NCBI GenBank assembly: GCA_002269645.1
Contig: NIVC01002591.1
Location: forward strand, 58,645-122,644
Length of the DNA: 64,000 nt
Direction of reading: 5' to 3'
Source of the DNA: Macrostomum lignano
Taxonomy: Eukaryota
Position numbers and translations under genes: made by a program. Position 1 is the first letter of the stretch. The number at the start of each line of letters is the position of its first letter. Of this stretch, positions 34,780 to 46,000 are shown in pieces. The notes below the pieces were generated by a model that did not search any database, was not told the origin of the DNA, and saw only the letters and a list, made by a program, of their open reading frames with translations.

Positions 34780-35525
34780 AGATCCTCACTTGCTGTTCCA
34801 GCCTCCCAAATCCTCAGTTGCTTTGCCAGCCTCCCAGATCCTCAGTTGCTTTGCCAGCCTCCCAGATCCTCAGTTGCTGGGCCAGCCTCCCAGATCCTCA
34901 GTTGCTGGGCCAGCCTCCCAGATCCTCAGTTGCTGGGCCAGCCTCCCAAATCCTCAGTTGCTTTGCCAGCCTCCTAGATCCTCAGTTGTTTTGCCAGCCT
35001 CCCAGATCCTCAGTTGCTGGGCCAGCCTCCCAGATCCTCAGTTGCTGGGCCAGCCTCCCAAATCCTCAGTTGCTGGGCCAGCCTCCCAAATCCTCAGTTG
35101 CTTTGCCAGCCTCCCAGATCCTCAGTTGCTGGGCCAGCCTCCCAGATCCTCAGTTGCTGGGCCAGCCTCCCAAATCCTCAGTTGCTTTGCCAGCCTCCCA
35201 GATCCTCAGTTGCTGGGCCAGCCTCCCAAATCCTCAGTTACTTTGCCAGCCTCCCAGATCCTCAGTTGCTGGGCCACCAGCCTCCCAGAGTGACAGTTGC
35301 TGGGCCAGCCAGCCTTCCAGAGTGTCAGTTTGCTGGGTCAGCCAGCCTTCCAGAGTGTCAGTTTGCTGGGCCAGCCTCCCAGATCCTCAGTTGCTGGGCC
35401 ACCAGCCTCCCAGAGTGACAGTTGCTGGGCCACCAGCCTCCCAGAGTGTCAGTTTGCTGGGCCAGCCAGCCTTCCAGAGTGTCAGTTTGCTGGGCCAGCC
35501 TCCCAGATCCTCAGTTGCTGGGCCA
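34780..35525. repeat. 28-bp minisatellite (CCTCCCAGATCCTCAGTTGCTGGGCCAG), locus 1, just 3' of the HERC stop
   Basis: Tandem repetition; the same family occurs at 43.6 and 46.1 kb. Confidence 0.93.
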
Positions 35526-36153
35526 CCGACGCCACTTTCCCAGCCCTTATAGCCAGCGCAAAAGCATTACAACACTCCGGTTGGAAAAGGTGAAGATATT
35601 AACAAACATGTTTGCATAGGATATGATACACTACTCAAAGTAGTTGACAACAAACGAGTTATTTTTGCCTTGGCCATAAACTCTTCTTAAATATTTTAAA
35701 TAAAATCAATCTGGTGCTGCTTGTTATTTTGATATTCTCAAGCTTATGAATTTTTTCTGTTGTAAGCGATAAATTTAGCGAATTGGCTTAACAAACGCGC
35801 CTTGTGTTCTCCTGAAGTAGTACAAGGGGTGTGTACTTTTATTTTTCTATTTCTAAGTATAAAATTTGTTAATTTAACTTTTTTATCTACCGCTTTGTGA
35901 TGCCTGACTTGATGTGTGCGCATCTTGAATTATATTTTCAAAAATAAATTTGATGTATCTGAGCTGACAGTGTGGCCGAATAAATGTCCCGACTATTTGA
36001 CCTGCTTTCGTCTTTCTCTTAACCCAATTTCGTTATTCAAATATAGTTCAAGTTGTCACGGCGTCAGCAATTTAATGATATTATTGAAACCCTATAATTG
36101 CTAAAATTATGAAATTGTCTTTTAGCTCAATATGTTGCCTATCTGCCTTTAAT

Positions 36154-39100
36154 TGTCAGTTTGGCTACCAATATTACCATCTAGTGTCAGTTTGGCTACC
36201 AATTTTACCCTCTAGTGTCAGTTTGGCTACCAATTTTAGCCTCTAGTGTCAGTTTGGCTACCAATTTTACCCTCTAGTGTCAGTTTGGCTACCAATATTA
36301 CCATCTAGTGTCAGTTTGGCTACCAATTTTAGCCTCTAGTGTCAGTTTGGCTACCAATATTACCATCTAGTGTCAGTTTGGCTACCAATTTTAGCCTCTA
36401 GTGTCAGTTTGGCTACCAATTTTACCCTCTAGTGTCAGTTTGGCTACCAATTTTACCCTCTAGTGTCAGTTTGGCTACTAATTTTACCCTCTAGTGTCAG
36501 TTTGGCTACCATTTTACCCTCTAGTGTCAGTTTGGCTACCTATTTTACCCTCTAGTGTCAGTTTGGCTACCTATTTTACCCTCTAGTGTCAGTTTGGCTA
36601 CCAATTTTACCCTCTAGTGTCAGTTTGGCTACCAATTTTACCCTCTAGTGTCAGTTTGGCTACCAATTTTACCATCTAGTGTCAGTTTGGCTACCAATTT
36701 TACCCTCTAGTGTCAGTTTGGCTACCAATTTTACCCTCTAGTGTCAGTTTGGCTACCAATTTTACCCTCTAGTGTCAGTTTGGCTACCAATTTTACCCTC
36801 TAGTGTCAGTTTGGCTACCAACTTTAGCCTCTAAGTGTCAGTTTGGCTACCATTTTACCCTCTAGTGTCAGTTTGGCTACCTATTTTACCCTCTAGTGTC
36901 AGTTTGGCTACCAATTTTACCCTCTAGTGTCAGTTTGGCTACCAATTTTACCCTCTAGTGTCAGTTTGGCTACCAATTTTACCATCTAGTGTCAGTTTGG
37001 CTACCAATTTTACCCTCTAGTGTCAGTTTGGCTACCAATTTTACCCTCTAGTGTCAGTTTGGCTACCAATTTTACCCTCTAGTGTCAGTTTGGCTACCAA
37101 TTTTACCCTCTAGTGTCAGTTTGGCTACCAATTTTACCCTCTAGTGTCAGTTTGGCTACCAACTTTAGCCTCTAAGTGTCAGTTTGGCTACCATTTTACC
37201 CTCTAGTGTCAGTTTGGCTACCTATTTTACCCTCTAGTGTCAGTTTGGCTACCAATTTTACCCTCTAGTGTCAGTTTGGCTACCAATTTTACCCTCCAGT
37301 GTCAGTTTGGCTACCAATTTTACCCTCTAGTGTCAGTTTGGCTACCAATTTTACCCTCCAGTGTCAGTTTGGCTACCAATTTTACCCTCTAGTGTCAGTT
37401 TGGCTACCAATTTTACCCTCTAGTGTCAGTTTGGCTACCAATTTTACCCTCTAGTGTCAGTTTGGCTACCAATTTTACCCTCTAGTGTCAGTTTGGCTAC
37501 CAATTTTAACCTCTAGTGTCAGTTTGGCTACCAATTTTACCCTCTAGTGTCAGTTTGGCTACCAATTTTACCCTCTAGTGTCAGTTTGGCTACCAATTTT
37601 ACCCTCTAGTGTCAGTTTGGCTACCAATTTTACCCTCTAGTGTCAGTTTGGCTACCAATTTTACCCTCTCGTGTCAGTTTGGCTACCAATTTTACCCTCT
37701 AGTGTCAGTTTGGCTACCAATTTTACCCTCTAGTGTCAGTTTGGCTACTAATTTTACCCTCTATTGTCAACTTGACTACCAATTTTACCCTCTAGTGTCG
37801 ACTTGACTACCAATTTTACCCTCTCGTGTCAGTTTGGCTACCAATTTTACCCTCTAGTGTCAGTTTGGCTACCAATTTTACCCTCTAGTATCAACTTGAC
37901 TACCAATTTTACCAAACAGTGTCAGTTTGGCTACCAATTTTACCCTCTAGTGTCAGTTTGGCTACCAATTTTACCCTCTAGTGTCAGTTTGGCTACCAAT
38001 TTTACCCTCCAGTGTCAGTTTGGCTACTAATTTTACCCTCTATTGTCAACTTGACTACCAATTTTACCCTCTAGTGTCGACTTGACTACCAATTTTACCC
38101 TCTCGTGTCAGTTTGGCTACCAATTTTACCCTCTAGTGTCAGTTTGGCTACCAATTTTACCCTCTAGTGTCAGTTTGGCTACCAATTTTACCCTCTAGTG
38201 TCAGTTTGGCTTCCAATTTTACCCTCAAGTGTCAGTTTGGCTACCAATTTTACCCTCTAGTGTCAGTTTGGCTACCAATTTTACCCTCTAGTGTCAGTTT
38301 GGCTACCAATTTTACCCTCTAGTGTCAGTTTGGCTACCAATTTTACCCTCCAGTGTCAGTTTGGCTACTAATTTTACCCTCTAGTGTCAGTTTGGCTACC
38401 AATTTTACCCTCCAGTGTCAGTTTGGCTACCAATTTTACCCTCTAGTGTCAGTTTGGCTACCAATTTTACCCTCCAGTGTCAGTTTGGCTACTAATTTTA
38501 CCCTCTATTGTCAACTTGACTACCAATTTTACCCTCTAGTGTCGACTTGACTACCAATTTTACCCTCTCGTGTCAGTTTGGCTACCAATTTTACCCTCTA
38601 GTGTCAGTTTGGCTACCAATTTTACCCTCTAGTATCAACTTGACTACCAATTTTACCAAACAGTGTCAGTTTGGCTACCAATTTTACCATCTAGTGTCAG
38701 TTTGGCTACCAATTTTACCCTCTAGTGTCAGTTTGGCTACCAATTTTACCCTCTAGTGTCAGTTTGGCTACCAATTTTACCCTCTAGTGTCGGTTTGGCT
38801 ACCAATTTTACCCTCAAGTGTCAGTTTGGCTACCAATTTTACCCTCTAGTGTCGGTTTGGCTACCAATTTTACCCTCTGGTGTCAGTTTGGCTACCAATT
38901 TTACCCTCTAGTGTCAGTTTGGCTACCAATTTTACCCTCTAGTGTCAGTTTGGCTACCAATTTTTCCCTCCAGTGTCAGTTCGGCTACCAATTTTTCCCT
39001 CCAGTGTCAGTTCGGCTACCAGTTTTGCCCTCCCGTGTCAGTTCGGCTACCAATTTTGCCCTCCCGTGTCAGTTTGGCTACCAATTTTTCCCTCTAGTGT

Positions 39101-39280
39101 CAGTTTGGCTACCAATTTTACCCTCTAGTGTCAGTTTGGCTACCAATTTTTCCCTCCAGTGTCAGTTCGGCTACCAGTTTTGCCTTCCCGTGTCAGTTTG
39201 GCTACCAATTTTACCCTCTAGTGTCAGTTTGGCTTCCAATTTTACCCTCTAGTGTCAGTTTGGCTACCAATTTTACCCTG
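36154..39280. repeat. 31-bp satellite (TGTCAGTTTGGCTACCAATTTTACCCTCTAG), ~100 copies
   Basis: Period of 31; recurring private variants show block duplications. Confidence 0.97.
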
Positions 39281-39749
39281 CAGCCCTCTAATACCAGTTT
39301 TGGCTTACATTTTCTCGGAAAAATGACAATTCAAAGTCACTTCATCCGTATACCTGAGTAATGATGACAGTCAAAGCCATTTATTAACAAAACCTGTTCA
39401 ATTTTGATCACAGCACCCACACTGCCTTGCGCTAACTATGTTGTTTAGATTCATGTCTTGAACCTGCAGGCTACATGCAGAGTTTGCCTTTCCACACCAG
39501 CATATTAAAGAGCATTATTTTATTTAATGGCCCTGTTTATGATTTTTGTTATGATAAATAAATGAAAATTGCTGCCAGAACTCGCCCATCGCTGAAAGCA
39601 TGCTGTTTTCTTTTGAGTAGGCTGTCTACGATAAAAAAAAGTACAAAAGTTTGATTTGCATTTTCAATTTATTTGTCCATTAATGGTTTCTAGGATGCTT
39701 TCTGGGCGACTTTACGAGCTCAGATGTTTTCTCAGGATTGATGCATTTC

Positions 39750-42700
39750 TAGTCAGCCATCTTGTCAGCAGGAATTGGTGTGCAATGCATTTCTTGTCAG
39801 CAGGAATTGTTGTGCAATGCATTCCTTGTCAGCAGGAATTGGTGTGCAATGCATTTCTAGTCAGCCATCTTGTCAGCAGGAATTGGTGTGCAATGCATTT
39901 CTTGTCAGCAGGAATTGGTGTGCAATGCATTCCTTGTCAGCAGGAATTGGTGTACAATGCATTCCTTGTCAGCAGGAATTGGTGTACAATGCATTCCTTG
40001 TCAGCAGGAATTGGTGTGCAATGCATTCCTTGTCAGCAGGAATTGGTGTACAATGCATTCCTTGTCAGCAGGAATTGGTGTGCAATGCATTCCTTGTCAG
40101 CAGGAATTGGTGTGCAATGCATTTCTAGTCAGCCGGAATTGGTGTGCAATGCATTCCTTGTCAGTAGGAATTGGTGTGCAATGCATTTCTTGTCAGCAGG
40201 AATTGGTGTACAATGCATTCCTTGTCAGCAGGAATTGGTGTGCAATGCATTCCTTGTCAGCAGGAATTGGTGTGCAATGCATTCCTTGTCAGCAGGAATT
40301 GGTGTGCAATGCATTCCTTGTCAGCAGGAATTGGTGTGCAATGCATTCCTTGTCAGCAGGAATTGGTGTGCAATGCATTCCTTGTCAGTAGGAATTGGTG
40401 TGCAATGCATTCCTTGTCAGCAGGAATTGGTGTGCAATGCATTCCTTGTCAGCAGGAATTGGTGTGCAATGCATTTCTTGTCAGCAGGAATTGGTGTGCA
40501 ATGCATTTCTAGTCAGCCATCTTGTCAGCAGGAATTGGTGTGCAATGCATTCCTTGTCAGCAGGAATTGGTGTGCAATGCATTTCTTGTCAGCAGGAATT
40601 GGTGTGCAATGCATTTCTTGTCAGCAGGAATTGGTGTGCAATGCATTCCTTGTCAGCAGGAATTGGTGTGCAATGCATTTCTTGTCAGCAGGAATTGGTG
40701 TACAATGCATTCCTTGTCAGCAGGAATTGGTGTGCAATGCATTCCTTGTCAGCAGGAATTGGTGTGCAATGCATTTCTTGTCAGCAGGAATTGGTGTGCA
40801 ATGCATTCCTTGTCAGCAGGAATTGGTGTGCAATGCATTTCTAGTCAGCCATCTTGTCAGCAGGAATTGGTGTGCAATGCATTCCTTGTCAGCAGGAATT
40901 GGTGTGCAATGCATTTCTTGTCAGCAGGAATTGGTGTGCAATGCATTTCTTGTCAGCAGGAATTGGTGTACAATGCATTCCTTGTCAGCAGGAATTGGTG
41001 TGCAATGCATTCCTTGTCAGCAGGAATTGGTGTGCAATGCATTCCTTGTCAGCAGGAATTGGTGTGCAATGCATTCCTTGTCAGCAGGAATTGGTGTGCA
41101 ATGCATTCCTTGTCAGCAGGAATTGGTGTGCAATGCATTTCTTGTCAGCCATCTTGTCAGCAGGAATTGGTGTGCAATGCATTCCTTGTCAGCAGGAATT
41201 GGTGTGCAATGCATTCCTTGTCAGCAGGAATTGGTGTGCAATGCATTCCTTGTCAGCCGGAATTGGTGTGCAATGCATTCCTTGTCAGCAGGAATTGGTG
41301 TACAATGCATTCCTTGTCAGCAGGAATTGGTGTGCAATGCATTCCTTGTCAGCAGGAATTGGTGTGCAATGCATTCCTTGTCAGCAGGAATTGGTGTGCA
41401 ATGCATTCCTTGTCAGCAGGAATTGGTGTGCAATGCATTCCTTGTCAGCAGGAATTGGTGTGCAATGCATTCCTTGTCAGCAGGAATTGGTGTGCAATGC
41501 ATTCCTTGTCAGCAGGAATTGGTGTGCAATGCATTTCTTGTCAGCAGGAATTGGTGTACAATGTATTCCTTGTCAGCAGGAATTGGTGTGCAATGCATTC
41601 CTTGTCAGCAGGAATTGGTGTGCAATGCATTCCTTGTCAGCAGGAATTGGTGTGCAATGCATTTCTTGTCAGCAGGAATTGGTGTGCAATGCATCCCTTG
41701 TCAGCAGGAATTGGTGTGCAATGCATTTCTTGTCAGCAGGAATTGGTGTACAATGCATTCCTTGTCAGCAGGAATTGTTGTGCAATGCATTCCTTGTCAG
41801 CAGGAATTGGTGTGCAATGCATTCCTTGTCAGCCATCTTGTCAGCAGGAATTGTTGTGCAATGCATTCCTTGTCAGCCATCTTGTCAGCAGGAATTGGTG
41901 TGCAATGCATTCCTTGTCAGCAGGAATTGTTGTGCAATGCATTCCTTGTCAGCAGGAATTGGTGTGCAATGCATTCCTTGTCAGCAGGAATTGGTGTGCA
42001 ATGCATTCCTTGTCAGCAGGAATTGTTGTGCAATGCATTCCTTGTCAGCAGGAATTGGTGTGCAATGCATTCCTTGTCAGCAGGAATTGGTGTGCAATGC
42101 ATTCCTTGTCAGCAGGAATTGGTGTACAATGCATTCCTTGTCAGCAGGAATTGGTGTGCAATGCATTCCTTGTCAGCAGGAATTGGTGTGCAATGCATTC
42201 CTTGTCAGCAGGAATTGGTGTGCAATGCATTTCTTGTCAGCAGGAATTGGTGTACAATGCATTCCTTGTCAGCAGGAATTGGTGTGCAATGCATTCCTTG
42301 TCAGCAGGAATTGGTGTGCAATGCATTCCTTGTCAGCAGGAATTGGTGTGCAATGCATTCCTTGTCAGCAGGAATTGGTGTGCAATGCATTTCTTGTCAG
42401 CAGGAATTGGTGTACAATGCATTCCTTGTCAGCAGGAATTGGTGTGCAATGCATTCCTTGTCAGCAGGAATTGGTGTGCAATGCATTTCTTGTCAGCAGG
42501 AATTGGTGTGCAATGCATTCCTTGTCAGCAGGAATTGGTGTGCAATGCATTCCTTGTCAGCCATCTTGTCAGCAGGAATTGGTGTGCAATGCATTCCTTG
42601 TCAGCAGGAATTGGTGTGCAATGCATTCCTTGTCAGCAGGAATTGGTGTGCAATGCATTCCTTGTCAGCAGGAATTGGTGTGCAATGCATTCCTTGTCAG

Positions 42701-42780
42701 CAGGAATTGGTGTGTAATGCATTCCTTGTCAGCAGGAATTGGTGTGCAATGCATTCCTTGTCAGCAGGAATTGGTGTACA
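39750..42780. repeat. 32-bp satellite (GTCAGCAGGAATTGGTGTGCAATGCATTCCTT), ~90-95 copies
   Basis: Period of 32; the unit has no plus-strand stop codon, hence the 685-1053-aa pseudo-ORFs. Confidence 0.97.
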
Positions 42781-43021
42781 TGTGCATTCAGTCACACGTA
42801 CATTTTCTACATTGTAAAACATTCCAAGATGTGCGGTATTGCTTGGGATACTGTCAAAAAAACATTAAGCATTGTGTCCATTTTCGAATTAATAAATATG
42901 TATATATTTGATTAGCTACTCAATAATAAATCGCTCCATAATCTCTTAATTAAATAAGTAAATAATAGTTCCGTGATCAAACTGCGCGCAATCAATTCGA
43001 TTCAAGTAGAGAATGTGTGCA

Positions 43022-46000
43022 TTAATTAAAGTTCTCATAAATCGACGGCAGCAGCAGCTCCAGCAGGCAAATACCTGTCACATTCTCGATGGTTAATGTG
43101 TTGGTCCGATGATGAGTCACCAGTCGTTCCAGGCTCTGGTGCCAGATGCCATTCTTGGGATCTACCGAGTACTGCTGGCTGCCAGTGGAACCCGATACCC
43201 GCTGCTGGATGATCACGTGATAGGCCTCGGCTCGCTGCCATCGGATGGACAGGACGAGCTTTTCGCCGCTCTGCCTGATTAGGAAGGCGCCCGGCTGACT
43301 CCGGCGGAGTAGCCGCTCCGCTGACCATCGGTCCAGGTGATCGTGCACCAGTTGCTGGCAGCGGGAGGCCACGGAGTCTGCCGGGCCACCCAACGGGTAG
43401 GAGACCGGCCGGTGTCGCAGAAAGGCGGTCAGGCAGGTGCGGTCCAGCTGCTGATTGCAGTGGTCGCAGTGGTAGCCCTGCGTATTGGTGGCGGTTGGGT
43501 TGGTTTGGGATTGACGCCATCAGAGCTGCGGGCTGTCGTGTGCTTCTTAACTGGTGCTGATCGGGTGAGACAATTCCAAGGTCACAACTTAGTAGGTCCC
43601 CTCCCCGATCCACAGTTGCTGGGCCAGCCTCCCATATCCTCAGTTGCTGGGCCAGCCTCCCAGATCCCCAGTTGCTGGGCCAGCCTCCCAGATCCCCAGT
43701 TGCTGGACCAGCCTCCCAGATCCCCAGTTGCTGGGCCACCAGCCTCCCAGACCCTCAGTTGCTGGGCCACTAGCCTCCCAGATCCCCAGTTGCTGGGCCA
43801 CCAGCCTCCCAGACCCTCAGTTGCTGGGCCACTAGCCTCCCAGATCCCCAGTTGCTGGGCCACCAGCCTCCCAGACCCTCAGTTGCTGGGCCACTAGCCT
43901 CCCAGATCCCCAGTTGCTGGGCCACTAGCCTCCCAGATCCCCAGTTGCTGGGCCAGCATCCCAGATCCCCAGTTGCTGGGCCAGCCTCCCAGATCCTCAG
44001 TTGCTGGGCCAGCCTCTCAGATCCTCAGTTGCTGGGCCAGCATCCCAGATCCCCAGTTGCTGGGCCAGCCTCCCAGATCCTCAGTTGCTGGGCCAGCCTC
44101 CCAGATCCTCAGTTGCTGGGCCAGCCTCCCAGATCCCCCAGTTGCTGGGCTAGCCTCCCAGATCCCCAGTTGCTGTGCCAGCCTCCCAGATCCACAGTTG
44201 CTGGGCCAGCCTCCCCGATCCACAGTTGCTGGGCCAGCCTCCCAGATCCCCAGTTGCTGGGCCAGCCTCCCAGACCCTCAGTTGCTGGGCCACTAGCCTC
44301 CCAGATCCTCAGTTCTTGGGCCACTTAAACCTCCTTCTTGGATGCACTGCATGTGCTCTATTGAGTTCCCAGGATGTCAGTTCAGTGAGAAGTAAAAATT
44401 GTCTGATTCCTTTTGCTGTGAATTCATAAGCGTGCAGTTCTCCTCCAAGAAATTTCCCACCGATTAAAGGTTCGATAAACCAAAGGGACAAAATTTCTGA
44501 TTCATAAATTGTGCCAACTTTACACAGTAATTATTTCGCTTTGATGTGATGTGTTTTTTCTCTTCCGTCTTTGATAAATCGGAAAAAGGCATTCAAAAGA
44601 TTCAAAAGAAAAAATAATCACCTGCGCCCTTGCCCATCAATTGAAAAATTTTTGTCCCAGCAATTTCGCATAGAAAACTGCTGTGAGTGGTCTCAAATCT
44701 CTCCAAGCATGTCGAAATTGCTTCTTTCCTAAAACGGAACTTCTTTGGAAAGATAATTGTCGAAAAACAGGCAAAGAGCGGCAACTTTCTGAAGGCGGAT
44801 TCGAATAGAAAAGTCTATAAAATGGACTCGGGTCAGAAGCAATTTTTCCGCACCAAGATCTCCAAAAAGTTCTTGCAAAGCAGCCATCATTCTCCCGTAG
44901 CGGAAGAAAGCCATGAACTTCAGGAAACTGCAGGCTGCGATGCTGCTGGTCTGCCTGACTGCGGCTGCTCAGCAGCGGGCTGCCGCCCTGCCAGCTGGCG
45001 GATCATCGAGTGCCCCGGTAAGCTGCCTTTGAGGCTGCAGTTTAGTTGCTGGGGACTACTGGCTCTTGTTGGTTTTTGCAAAGGGAACTGCTGGCGTCCC
45101 TTGGTGCTAAATCCTCTGGTGCTGGCGCCCCCTGTTGCTGGCGCCCCTTGGTGCTGGCGCCCCCTGGTGCTGGCGCCCCTTGGTCCTGGCGCCCCCTGGT
45201 GCTGGCGCCCCTTGGTCCTGGCGCCCCCTGGTGCTGGAGCCCCCTGGTGCTGGCGCCCCCTGGTGCTGGCGCCCCCTGTTGCTGGAGCCCCCTGGTGCTG
45301 GCGCCCCCTGGTGCTGGTGCCCCCTGGTGCTGGCGCCCCCTGGTGCTGGCGCCCCCTGGTGCTGGCGCCCCCTGGTGCTGGCGCCCCCTGGTGCTGGCGC
45401 CCCCTGGTGCTGGCGCCCCCTGGTGCTGGCGCCCCCTGGTGCTGGCGCCCCCTGGTGCTGGCGCCCCCTGGTGCTAAAGCCCCTGGTGCTAAAGCCCCTG
45501 GTGCTAAAACCCCTAGTGCTAAAACCCCTGTTGCTAAAACCCCTGGTGCTAAAACCCCTAGTGCTAAAACCCCTAGTGCTAAAGCCCCTGGTGCTAAAAC
45601 CCCTGGTGCTAAAACCCCTGGTTCAATAAAAATCTTCACTTCATTTCTCCTCAAACATTTCAGCAGCCCAGCTCGGCCAGTCCCGCGGCCACGCAGATGC
45701 CGCAGCCGGAGCAGCCGCGCCTGGACGATCAGCTCAGGGCCACGCGATTCCAGCTGTACAAGAGGTGCACCAGCGTCTTCCACCCAATGGCCTGCTTCGG
45801 AATTTGGCAGCTGTGACTTCGCTGCGTCACAGCCGCTCTGCATCCGAATTTGATGAGCAGCCGAATTGGACTGCATCAAGCGTGATGACGATTGAAAGCA
45901 TCGCGAATATTGTGCTTGTTTTTTAGACCTTTAAACGCTTTTCAGTCTCTTACTACGAGTTATTTAGACCCGTGACAGTTTTAATAGAAAGGAATTTTGC

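Noticed and set aside
39656-42911. Very long ORFs (1053, 731, 685 aa) rich in Cys
   Set aside because: They are translations of a stop-free 32-bp tandem unit that cycles through all three frames; no unique sequence or splice context.
44687-45879. 388-aa (+) and 319-aa (-) ORFs over the GAP/WCWRP repeats
   Set aside because: They are driven by the 15/16-bp minisatellite; the better-supported reading is the spliced neuropeptide gene in a different frame.
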